From NCBI RefSeq assembly GCF_000150275.1, contig NW_002060960.1, positions 285,010-349,009 on the forward strand: 64,000 nucleotides of DNA, given 5' to 3'. Below the pieces are notes generated by a model. That model saw nothing but the letters and a program-made list of their open reading frames with translations, was not told the origin of the DNA and did no database searches. The position numbers were made by a program, and so were the translations under genes. The stretch's first letter is position 1; each line of letters starts with the position of its first letter. Shown one piece after another: positions 1 to 11,731 of this stretch. This DNA is from Trichoplax adhaerens (Eukaryota; Animalia; Placozoa).

Positions 1-2110
1 ATAAGAAAGAAATTCGAGCTAAATTCAAGTTTTCCATCTTGAGTCGTAACGAAGAGGAAGTCAGAGCGATGGGTTAGTGACTATCTTCATTACTACTTGA
101 GGCAATCATGCTTACTTACTGCTAAGAATATTCCAATTCGAGTGGATAGGATACAATGATACGCGTCCTTATGCTAGAATCAATAAAACAGATGATCAAT
201 TTTTGGTTCATCTCTCCATTCTTGTATGTATACAGAAAGCCAACGTGCGTACAGATTTGTCCAAGGAAAAGACTGGGGATTTAAAAAATTTGTGCGTCGT
301 GATATGTTAATGGATACATCGTATGGATTGTTAATCGACGATCATCTAACCTTATTTTGTGAAGTAAGTGAGACTGGAGTTGATATCACAAAACAACTAC
401 CATGGCTTGATTGTAATCGTTGTTCATGAAAAGTTATAAGGGATATTCAATGCTTCTATGATTGATGCGTTATAGAGTAATGAATCCGCCCTGTAGCAAG
501 GCGTACATCAAGGCATTTTCCTTTTATCATTGATAGTAACATGATCTACCTTACTCGTAACACGTTTTTGTGTTATTTCGATCACAACATGGATATCGTA
601 AAATAATACAATTTTATGTAGTATTAACATAATTTTGCCCTCTACTTTCTCTAACATGGCTAAGTCGAAAATACCGTGCTTTAAGATTTCGTTCCTAGAC
701 GGATTCTTACGTAGATTGATTTTCCAAAATATCTTCCAACATTTTAGATCAATGTTGTATCTGATCCTGTCACTCTTGATGGTCGTTTTACCGCAGAAGA
801 AGCTGAAGTACCGAAATGTCGATTAGCACAAGACTTGGATCAATTATTTAAAACGAAAAAATTTGCCGATATCACATTTAATATTGGAAAGGATCAATTG
901 AAAGCTCATAAAGCCATATTGGCTGGTAAGATGTTTGCCTTTTTGCTACTTAATTGTGCATTAGTTATGTAATAAGGATACTTATAGTATGTGCTAATCG
1001 GATAACGATCGCGAGTTCATGAATTTCACACCTTTTACTTGATCCTAATATTGAGCTGATTGTATTGCAAGTAGTATTATTATTATTATTATAATAATAG
1101 TCATATGGTACCATTTCATCATTAAATTAGCAATGTTGACCAACTTGGTATGCGTATGATAATAATTTAGCAAATTTCATACTTTGTATACGGTACGTTT
1201 TGTAGATTTGTGTGTCGAAGAGAATACACAACGTTGTAGACTGTTGAAATAATCTTTCCACGTATGATTAAAAAATCTCAGCTAGGTCGCCTGTCTTTGA
1301 TGCAATGTTCAAGCATTGTATGGAAGAGCAACGCCAAGTAAGTTGTATCCAAAACTTACCAATCGATACATTATCATAAATATGGGAAGATTTTAATTAA
1401 TCGACAGTACCGTGCACGCATAATTAAAAGATATCATTAAATCATCGCGTCCTTATTGACAGGGTACAGTAGACGTATCTGACATAGAAAGCGATGTATT
1501 TGAAGAGATGATCAAATTCATCTACACTGGGGAAGAACCAGAGCGCATCGATGATCTAGCCGCGGAAATATTAGCGGCTGCGGATAAGGTAATTTACTGT
1601 ACAGCATCATAAACTGCTGCTTTCGGAAATATATCTGCTTTCAATAAAATTATCTTCAATATATGAATATAAAGTATGAAGGGCAAATTATTCACTTTCC
1701 TCTTGACCTTTTGGTTGACAGTACGATTTACAAAGGTTAAAATCTTTATGTGAAAATTCCATATCAAATAACCTGACTGTTGAGAATGCGGCTAAAGTGC
1801 TAATTATTGCCGATATGCATAATTCTGAAGTACTAAGACAAAATGTTTTGGAGTTTATTAACAGGTAATACCATATCGCTAACCTATAACGATTAGTAAG
1901 GGTAGGGTATACAGTTATTGGCTTAATGGACGTCATACATCTTTAAATATCTTTTTCAGTCATGCCTTGGAAATCGTTGAAACCGAAGGCTACCAACATT
2001 TGTTGAAGAGTTATTCTCACCTTATAACCGACGCATTCCGCACCTTAGCAAGATCTTGCAATAGCAAAACCGATGTAACATCGACCAGAAAGAAAGTGCG
2101 CTTATCATGA
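1..2110 (+). CDS. SPOP: Speckle-type POZ protein (MATH-BTB-BACK Cullin3 adaptor), 5'-truncated by the window edge
   Basis: Exons 1-72, 236-363, 748-925, 1282-1337, 1463-1588, 1722-1864, 1960-2110 are all GT-AG and phase-compatible. They translate to [87 protein letters not shown], ending in a basic NLS-like TRKKVRLS*. Co-linear with SPOP. Confidence 0.95.
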
Positions 2111-3218
2111 TTGTACTTATTATTATTGTTATACAGAGATACTTGATTTAACGTTATATTCTAAAATTCATGATCATTATCATGGGCGATAACCTAAAGT
2201 AATTTCTATGTAATTCAAAATTTCAAAAATTTTATTGATTCTCCCTTCATGTACATACTTATGTACTGTACCATACGTACTGTATGCAGAAAGCTGTATA
2301 TCTATCTCGTGTAGTTATAAAATGTTTCATAATGAATATGTTGCCGATTTTGATCTAGCTACAAGTGCTAAGGCGCTTGTCGACTTATCTTCAAAAGCTA
2401 GCAAATCTGTTCATGATTTGTGGCGGATAGCGTGTGCAAATTTAAACTCAATTATTTCCACTATGATGGTAACTGAAAAGCATGCACCTGACGTCTTGCA
2501 AACAGGAAATCTTTAAATATTGGAAGAGCAAAGAATATGGTGACATGCCACGATAGATGCGCGTAATATACGAACGTTATTTGAACTCATCGTTGAAAAC
2601 TGTGTGATAAAACTAATTAATTTAAGATTTAGGATCTCATTTTCCATCCAAGCTATCTAGGATCATTAATAGCTCAGGCGAGCTAACAGTTAACTGAATG
2701 ATTTGCTCCCTAAAGTATGATATTGTTTGTTGTATTAAATAGATTTTACCTCATATTCAAGATGGCACATGCATGTAATAAGGATACGAATATGACTATA
2801 GCACTAGAGTTATACAATAACGATAAAAGTTCATTTTTTATATAATGACAAGAGTGTATATATACTGTACAACATCCACTCTTTCCAATAGAGCAACACC
2901 AGATATTGTCGTCATCATTTGTCAAAAAGGATGTTTTCAATTTTGTTGTAATGTCGGTTAAGTAAACTTATTTTGACTGCCATATGCTATGATAGAAAAA
3001 ACTGAAATTTTATTACGATACCTTATTTCTAGAACTGCTTCTAGTTAACACCAATCAAGCAATAAAGTAAAACCAGAAAAATGACGTTATATAAGTTATT
3101 AAAACCGATCGAAATAATACAGATTTCTGCTTAACTACAAGCATGTTAATGCCTTAGAATTTTAAAATAATGGAATGAAAATCACAAACAAAGAAGACCC
3201 AGTTAGTAGAATAAGTTC

Positions 3219-5035
3219 TTAACCAGCCATAATTATTTTGACGAAATCTACAAAATACAGTGAAAATATTGAAAACTTTAGATTCAATTGATAGCAAATG
3301 AAAAAATTTCGTTTACCTTCGTAGTTAATCATGCCTTGGGAGTCGTCGACACCACTCAATAGTTGTTCAACATCATCATCGCTTAATTTCTCTCCTACAT
3401 TGGTGAAATTATGAAATGATTTAGCCAACAGTGATCCTTAATTAGGGCAAAAAGATTGCAATCTTTCATTAAAATCGTCATGTAGCTCAAAAGGATGTGA
3501 GGTTTTCGGTAATTGTCGTTACTCAATGACTTGGTCTTACTCTATCTCAAAAAGTAGAGAAAATGGAATACAACAACTCTTTGACGGTTAACTGCGCGTC
3601 TTTCTAGCGGATGATTACCATCTTCAAATGGCAACTAAATGTATCATCGTGATAAATGTTACACAATACAATAACAACTTTTACTATATTACATTACTGT
3701 GAAAGATTGAACGATTACTGCCGACAACATTTACTTTAGTTAATACGAAAGCTAACCGTTTCGCATTGGAGTCACAACATAGACAGAATACTACGTTGTG
3801 CTATCACACAAATTGAGTTGCATTGTACTTTCACTTATTCAAGGAAAAGCGCATTCTATTTTCACTTATTTAACGAAAAGCGTTACCTAAACTGGTCAGC
3901 ACATGCCGAAGTTCCGCTGAGTTAATCGTACCATTGCCATCCTTGTCAAATACACGTAAACCCTCAACAAAGTCCTCCAGAGATCCTTGATCACGCTTCT
4001 GCCGTGAAGCCTGAAGGATTGGTAGAAATTCTTCAAAGCTGATTCTTTTAACACCTATAACGGCCGTTATATTCAACATTAGTATGTAGCAAGATTGATC
4101 AGATTGATGTTCATTTTACGACCGCTGACTACAACTTGACAGGCATGGAATTAATTCATTACTATGTAACAAGCCTTTTCTCGATTAGTATGTTGTACAT
4201 TATTAGCAAGCATCCCCTTGATTGTATTTCATATTACAATCGATTGATTGCCTAACTACCGAATCGACCAAGCTATTCCAATTGTTAAGGTCCAATTTTG
4301 AAATAGTTATTCAATTTGTATAGACATTGATTGCAAGCACAAGCCTACCGTTGGGATCGATCTCTTTGACAACTTTGGTCACCTCTGCCTGAGTAGGGTT
4401 CATCCCTAAGGCTCTTAAAACGTCCCCTAGTTGAGCAGAGTCGATTTTTCCATCGCCTTTCTTATCGAAAAGTGAGTAAGCTTCCTTAAAATCTAAAAGA
4501 TAAAGTAAAAGGCATTCATGATGAGGCATATGACTTGCTATGAGACCCTTTCTCTCGTTGACTACCACCAAGTTGGTGGATTTCTGCCAAGAGATAAACA
4601 ACGTTTTGGGTGTGGACGTTGTAATACGTCATGTACTTAGTCGTTGAAAATTGAGCATCACTGATTTATGTATTCAACGTCTATATTACGGCATTTTAAG
4701 TTTATGATTAATATTAGATGGATAAATAGAATTAGTGGACTATCCCTAAGGGTTTTAAAATAGCCGATCACAATCATTGGCATCAAGCAATGCATAAACA
4801 GCAATAGATTTAATGCCCTTGCGGACATGGCCGGCTATGAATGCCCATGCCAATTTTGGCAGACTAACTTACCAGAAATTTCTATTTCTGAAAATCCGGA
4901 CTAGTCAGAAAGAAGAAAAACCTATCATTAGATCCATATGACTTGGCTATTCCACTAATCTATCATAAAATGATGGAGTCTTTCCTCCAGAAAATAGAAA
5001 GAGCTGAATATCCATTCGATCCTCTCACTTACCAT
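3219..5035 (-). CDS. MYL6: Myosin essential (alkali) light chain, MYL6/Mlc-c-like EF-hand protein
   Basis: Exons (minus strand) 5033-5035 (ATG only, then GTAAGT), 4873-4900, 4349-4492, 3887-4054, 3317-3394, 3219-3247. Protein [106 protein letters not shown]. Confidence 0.93.
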
Positions 5036-5189
5036 TTTGTCTCTTGGCAAAGTGTTGAATAGTAGCGGCGGCGTCGTCTCTCTTTTTCCAAGCTTATTTT
5101 TCCTATCCGACACTGTACCGTACCATCGACTTGCTACTCTATCCTCGCTACAATTTCAGGCCATAGTATCAGTACGCAGTCGTAAAAAG

Positions 5190-5212
5190 CGGTTCGGTTC
5201 TGAACCGAACCG
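5190..5212. promoter_or_regulatory. Perfect 11-bp inverted repeat upstream of the myosin light chain start
   Basis: CGGTTCGGTTC-T-GAACCGAACCG about 155 bp upstream of the ATG at 5035; regulatory role is inferred from position only. Confidence 0.4.
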
Positions 5213-5247
5213 AACTTCTGACAGGTCTAGTACGCACGCTCGCTGGC

Positions 5248-5992
5248 AGTACTGTACAGTGTACAGTGTAGCGCTAACAGTACAGTCACTGTAAAGCTAC
5301 AGTATATTATACTGTACTGCTCTTTATCATTTTCAGAAAGGTGTCCGACCGTCCGTTTCCAGGTGGCCTGTGGCAAGCCTACATACTGTACTGTACCTGA
5401 GTGTACAGTACTGTATACAGTATTGTGAATGCACACAGCACTGTACTAGTGTTATTCATCATTTTCAGAAAGGTGTCCGACAGTCCGTTTCCAGCTCACC
5501 TATGGCAAGCCTACAGTACATACTGCACTGTACATGTACTGTACTGTACAGTCTGTACTGTACTGTACAGTACAGTACTGTACTGTACTGTCTGTACTGT
5601 ACTGCACTGTTATTCATCAGTTTCAGAAGGGTGTCCGACTGTCCGTTTCCAAGGACCCTACTTGGATGAAAGTAATAGTAATTTAGAGTATAGTTTGAAA
5701 CCGACGTACTGAAAGAACTCAATAATGCAGTAAAAATAAATAAAAACATCAAGGACGAACTGCTCAAGGTTGTAATGATTTGCATAGGCGAAACTTGAGC
5801 CAAATTGAAAGACCTAATGAAGGGCTTCACTATGGCTGAACTGTTTCCAGTGTCAACTGTACAGTATTGTACTGTACACTGTACAGCACCGTACTGTAGA
5901 TACGGCTCGCCACGCCCATGAAATCATGGTCCATTCCATGATACTGTACCGTACTGTACAGTAGTTACTGTAACAGTATTATTACCGTACTG
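5248..5992. repeat. ACTGT/ACAGT pentamer-rich region containing three copies of a ~45-60 bp unit
   Basis: Dense tactg/tacag runs. The unit ttcagaa(a/g)ggtgtccgacNgtccgtttcca occurs at ~5323-5383, ~5451-5514 and ~5609-5651. Confidence 0.85.
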
Positions 5993-6436
5993 TTTGGTAA
6001 AAGAAATTTCCGGCTAAGCCTTTACCAGAGTGTCCATACAGCGTACTCGTCCTTCCTGTAGAGTTCTACCACAGTTATCAACATCCTGCGCTATTCCTTA
6101 AGTTGTTGCTGTTTTTAATCAATGTATTCATTAAATAAATCAAATGGTAGAGCATTATGAATATAAAATGTCGGGCCTAACTTGCAGTTGTTTCAAAGTA
6201 CACACTGATCTACAAAGTATAAATAGCTCACCTTGACGATTTTGTACTTTTTTAGTACTGAAATCAACGCCTACAATAAACTACGATACAATGATAGCGA
6301 TACCTAATAGTGATTGTAGAAGGCATTTCTTATTTTTATTTTATGGCGTATTTTGCATAATATTCAATACGTACTTTGATGACTCATGAATGAATTCGTT
6401 CATGTAATACGAGAATACAGAATATCCTTTGGCATT

Positions 6437-6892
6437 CATTTATGAAGGGCAGGTAGTCCTCATTTATGAAGGGTAGGTAGTCCTCATTTATGAAGGGTAG
6501 GTAGTCCTCATTTATGAAGGGTAGGTAGTCCTCATTTATGAAGGGTAGGTAGTCCTCATTTATGAAGGGTAGGTAGTCCTCATTTATGAAGGGTAGGTAG
6601 TCCTCATTTATGAAGGGCTGGTAGTCCTCATTTATGAAGGGCTGGTAGTCCTCATTTATGAAGGGTAGGGAGTCCTCATTTATGAAGGGTAGGTAGTCCT
6701 CATTTATGAAGGGCAGGTAGTCCTCATTTATGAAGGGCAGGTAGTCCTCATTTATGAAGGGCAGGTAGTCCTCATTTATGAAGGGCAGGTAGTCCTCATT
6801 TATGAAGGGCAGGTAGTCCTCATTTATGAAGGGCAGGTAGTCCTCATTTATGAAGGGCAGGTAGTCCTCATTTATGAAGGCCAGGTAGTCCT
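6437..6892. repeat. 24-bp minisatellite, 19 copies
   Basis: Unit CATTTATGAAGGG(C/T)AGGTAGTCCT repeated with period 24, unit starts from 6437 to 6869. Confidence 0.97.
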
Positions 6893-7435
6893 GTTCAAGG
6901 TACACGAAGCAGGCCCAACCAAATAATTGTTCGAGATAGAGGTCAATTAAGGAGTCATTGCATTAAGTTAATTAAAAGGTGTACTGTCGATACAAGGTAT
7001 CGATGTTATACAGTACCTTTGCTAAATCATCCATGATATGAATATAAGAATACACAATACCCTTGGGCACTTTGCATGCTTTTAATTGACAACCAGTAGA
7101 CTCCCTCTCCGCAAATACGCGTCTACCTGGTGTCTATCTAACATTATTGTACCAGTGAATGAAAAGGTTAACACAGGGATAAAAAGGCAGTTATAAATTA
7201 CTAAAAGCTATAAGAAGGACGACAACACCATGACTATCTTTGGATTGGCCATATTACCTACTAGTCGATAGTAGTTATATCCATAACGGTCTTGCACTCA
7301 TCGTGGCACTCCCTTATTATATTTCAGGATAGTCATCTCCTACTACAGTACAGTATAGAACTGTCCTGCACCAATCAACTTCAACACAACGCCACTCACA
7401 TCAACATGTGATCAGATCAGCAATGCTGGTCTCCA

Positions 7436-7452
7436 TCACGTGACTCACGTGA
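7436..7452. promoter_or_regulatory. Tandem palindromic E-boxes (TCACGTGA x2), CLEAR/MiT-TFE-like
   Basis: TCACGTGA-C-TCACGTGA about 200 bp upstream of the SLC15 copy 1 ATG; an extra CATGTGA lies at ~7405-7411. Confidence 0.65.
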
Positions 7453-7648
7453 GCAGAATGAGGTCAAAGATTATTGGAGCGAATTTTTATCTTATCGGTG
7501 ACACTCCATTAGAGTGGCAGGAAATAGCTTGCGATTCTACATTCTCGGTGAGAAAGTGTTATGGTTGGATAGAATTGATCAAGTTTTCCTCTTTCAAAGT
7601 TCAAGGTTTACTAACTTGAACTTGTGTTGATGAGCAGACTGATTGGCC

Positions 7649-10600
7649 ATGTCTGCTGAAACACCGACAGAAACAACCACTCTACTAGGACAGCAAGAAT
7701 GTGCCAAAATTAATATTAGCTCTAGCGATGAAGCTGTCCAAGCGAAGATCGTGAATCCTTCCAAAGATGCTCAGTCTATTCCGAATCGGATTAAAATTAT
7801 TGTCTTGTGTATATTATTTACCGAATTTGCCGAAAGTATTGCATTTTATAGTATTGCTGCCAATCTTATATTATTTGCCAATACACATTTGGGCTTTACG
7901 AATACACAAGCAGCGACATTAAGTTTTATCTACGTTGGCACAGGTTATGCTCTCCCTATATTAAGTGGGTACTTAGCGGATTCCCATCTTGGCCAGTATA
8001 ACACCATGTATCTTGGTGGCCTAATTTATATTGCGGGTATCTTAACCGTCTTCTTAATGACAGTGCCCTATCAACTGCCTTTCTCTACCAGTGCCAAAAC
8101 ATCTTATTTTATTGTTGGTCTAATTTTGGTAGCAATAGGGACTGGAGGTATGGCATTGATTGAATGAATCTCATTTCCAAGATAAATTGTTCTGATAACT
8201 TGTCTAGTCGAAAGAATAGACATTCGGTATCAATTAATTGTATTAATAATATATATACAATGAATTAGCCGTTTGACTATGATGAATATGCTATGAACGA
8301 TTATGATCTAATAACGGTTGCATTAATATTCCACAATAAATAGATTATAGTGATCTTCAACCAATCATTCTATAATCAGTTTATTATCAATTGAACCTAT
8401 TCAATCTTGCTATGTTATACTTCTCTTTTTAATAGTGTGGATATGATACACTTAGAAACTAGTTAGGATTGAATACATAACAATTATCAAAAGGGTCTCT
8501 TTAAAATAGATATTCGAGTTATATTATTCTGTTACTTATAAAAAATATTCTAATTAAAATTCCTCTCACGATGTACATCCTTAAACTAAATTGGAATAGG
8601 AGTAACGCTGCTAATTTCCCTAGTGTATCAGCTCTTATACACTATTCGAGAAATTAATCTAGTTGCTAACTCATTATTCTATTGATAATAATATTCTAAT
8701 TAACATTATTATTATGATATATACAAACTCAATTCGAATAAGAGTATCGCTGCTAGTTTTCCTAGTATATTAGTTCGTTCACTATTAGAGAAAATTAGTC
8801 TAGTTACTAATTGCATTATTCTATTGATAGTAATGTCCTAATTGGAATTGTTATCGTGATATACAAACTAAAATTATAATAACAGTGTCGCTGCTAACTT
8901 GCCTATCATATCAATTCATAGATTATTAGAGAAATTAGTCTAGTTACTTCATAAGTAGCTTCGTCAATCTTAGCAAATTGGGTTCAAGCGATACAAGACT
9001 ACATTTAAGATTTTATTCAGAACTTCATTAGATATCTGTATCCATGCTAGGACTTTCAATTCTCGAGCGACATAGGTCTATCAATAGAAACCCAGTGACA
9101 CATAGAATTATATAAAACGAATTCGATCGTAATTGTATAATTGGGGTATAGTAGTTTCGTATTATTTTATTTTTTTTTTTTGGAGGGGGGTGAATTCTTT
9201 CTGGAACGATAGCACATAATAATAAAAATATATGGGTAGTATACGTAGTGATTAATAAAGTTAAATTAGTTACACGTATTCGTATCGCAAAAGATGATCG
9301 TATCGGCGATGGAATTTCCTTGTTTTTCTACTTAAGCACATGATAAGTTTGTGCGTACATTCACGCTAATGAGAAGATGTACTAAAAGATAAATTGAAAG
9401 CAGAATGATAACAATAATGCTTTATGTATTCATTTGATAGCTTATATTCAAAGTTAGGCAGGAAATCATGTCATTTCTTTGCGCATTTATAATTTACGTA
9501 TATATTCTTGTCCTAATGTTGTACTACGTATATTTTGATCAGGTATTAAATCGAATATTTCACCTTTTGGTGCAAGCCAACTGGAAAGTTGCGGCCCAGT
9601 TTATGTCCAAAGATTTTTTGCTTGGTTTTACTTTTCTCTTAATTTAGGATCGCTAATCTCATTCACTGTCGTAGCCTACATACAACAAAATGTAAGCTTT
9701 TTCTATGGCTTTATGATTCCTTCTATTGCTATGATATTAGCCGTGGCCGTATTTGCATCAGCCCGAAAATACTACGAACTCTATACTCCAAGTAAATATT
9801 TCATAATTCTTGACTAGAATTTCAAATTAACTTAAAATCAAGATAGAAAAAATATTAATAATTTTCACGTCATTATTGAAGTATTACTCCATTTGATAAT
9901 ATTCGATCTCTAAGCAAATTTGTACTTTATATTATTGCTAGATAGATATATAAGTTGATTCCATCACTAAGTCTCTTGTTACTTTAATATTTTTTGCAGA
10001 GGGTTCGTTACTTGGAGAAGCGCTAAGTATCACATACCAAAGTTTTAAAGTTAGACTCTCCAAGCGGACTAATATTATTGATAAAAGCAATATCCAAAGT
10101 TTCTTCGATTACGCAAAAAAAGAGAATGGGGGAAAATTTGATGCTCATCAAGTGAATAGGATCAAGCCCTTAGGACGCGTAATACCCGTCTTCCTTCTAA
10201 TAGTCTTGTTTAGAACGGTTTACTTTCAGGTATGAAAAGCATCCTGCAGCATGAGATTATTTTTGTTCGGTACTTTAGTTCGTGCTATTAAATCTTTAAT
10301 TAATGTTAAGCACATTCGCTATAATGGAAATTATTGTAAACAATGCTTTTACTATTATTCCAGTCAAATTATATTTATATGTTTATAGTAAATAATGAAG
10401 TCTAAAACCGATAAATATGCGTACTATAAACAACAGCTCTTAAGTATTTCAAATGAAATTATTGCCTAATTCAATAATTGTTTACGATATGTATGTATTA
10501 TATCTAATACAATTATAAGTTTAAGAATGACAAAATTTTGCGAAATCTCTTAATCCTACGTTTGGTTTCATATCCTGAATAGATGTCGACAACATGGTTT

Positions 10601-11731
10601 ATACAGGGGGAATCCATGAATTTACAGCTAGGCAATATCAAGCTACCAGTAGCGTTACTCTCTACTTTTGATATTATTTCCGTGATGATTTTTATCCCAG
10701 TTGTAAATTATGGCGTGTACCCTGCATATCAAAAGATATTTGGCAAACGCATTTCCCGATTTCGAAGGATGGGTTAGTAACAAATTTTATGCCAACAGAG
10801 CTACTTTGACAGTAATATTTACTAAGATGTTACAGGTAAGATTTTACTTACATACAGATTATATTTACTAGGAACCGGTATGGTATTTGCTGCTCTTGCT
10901 ATGCTTGTCGCTGGAATAGTTGAAAGCAACAGATTAAAAAATGTATACGAAAATCCATTACCTCAGACAGTTTCTGGTAAGACATTCAATGCTTCTGCGA
11001 ATATTACCGTCCTTGCTCAGGTACCCCAGTTCGCGTTAATTGGACTAGGTGAAACTTTTACTAGTGTAACAGGTATATCCTACGACCTTAAATATTCTTT
11101 TTTACCTTTATTATTTATTGTTGAATATCTGTGAGAAATGGTTATTATGAAAATTTTGAGCATAAAAAATATATGCATTTTTATCTATGCACTGAATAAC
11201 TTGGGAACGCTAAAAAAAATGGAAGCATTTGAATTCGCTTATGCTGAAGCACCAGAAGAACTTAAAGGGATTATTACCGGAATGTACCTTCTGGCTGTCG
11301 GTTGCGGCAGTTACTCAGGGTCTTTAGTTATTGCTATCATAAATGCTATAACTCATAACCCTAGTGTCCCTAATTCAAAATGGGTTCCCAAGAATATTAA
11401 CGATGGACATCTCGATTACTATTTTTATTTTCTTGCAGGTATCTAAAAGTTGTAGCGTTTTGCAATTTTACCATTTACACTTGATTGTATATGATTAAAG
11501 ATAAAATTTTAAATACTGTTCCATGACTACTTAACAATAATTTGGTCTTTTTATTTTTAATTTAATTTAGCTTTCATGATGCTTAACTTTACCCTCTTTG
11601 TAACCATGACAACATTTTGGTATAAAGACGATAATTCATATATGACCCATAAACTAACTACGGAAGAGATAGTGCCTGATTTGGATGCACAAAACATATT
11701 ATCGATACCAGAGGAAAACGTTAATACTTGA
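7649..11731 (+). CDS. SLC15/POT (PTR2) oligopeptide transporter, SLC15A4-like, copy 1
   Basis: Exons 7649-8147, 9543-9791, 10000-10229, 10583-10772, 10872-11072, 11226-11438, 11571-11731 give an open frame. Motifs SGYLADSHLGQY, GTGGIKSNISPFGASQ, FFAWFYFSLNLGSL, QVPQFALIGLGETF, FEFAYAEAPEELKG, GHLDYYFYFLA. Confidence 0.92.
8580..8948. repeat. Diverged ~141-bp tandem repeat (about 2.5 copies) in intron 1 of SLC15 copy 1
   Basis: cgctgcta..ttccta..tat..gagaaatta.tctagtt.ct recurs at ~8605, ~8746 and ~8887. Confidence 0.8.

Noticed and set aside
3619-3634. Candidate micro-exon in myosin light chain intron 4 (tttag|16 nt|gtaatc, minus strand)
   Set aside because: 16 nt would shift the frame, and the protein is complete without it.
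5323-5651. CRISPR-like repeat-spacer array
   Set aside because: Eukaryotic context, only three imperfect units, low-complexity spacers of unequal length, no cas genes.
5227-5830. Overlapping Cys/Tyr/Thr/Val-rich ORFs
   Set aside because: Translations of the ACTGT pentamer repeat; no splice or homology support.
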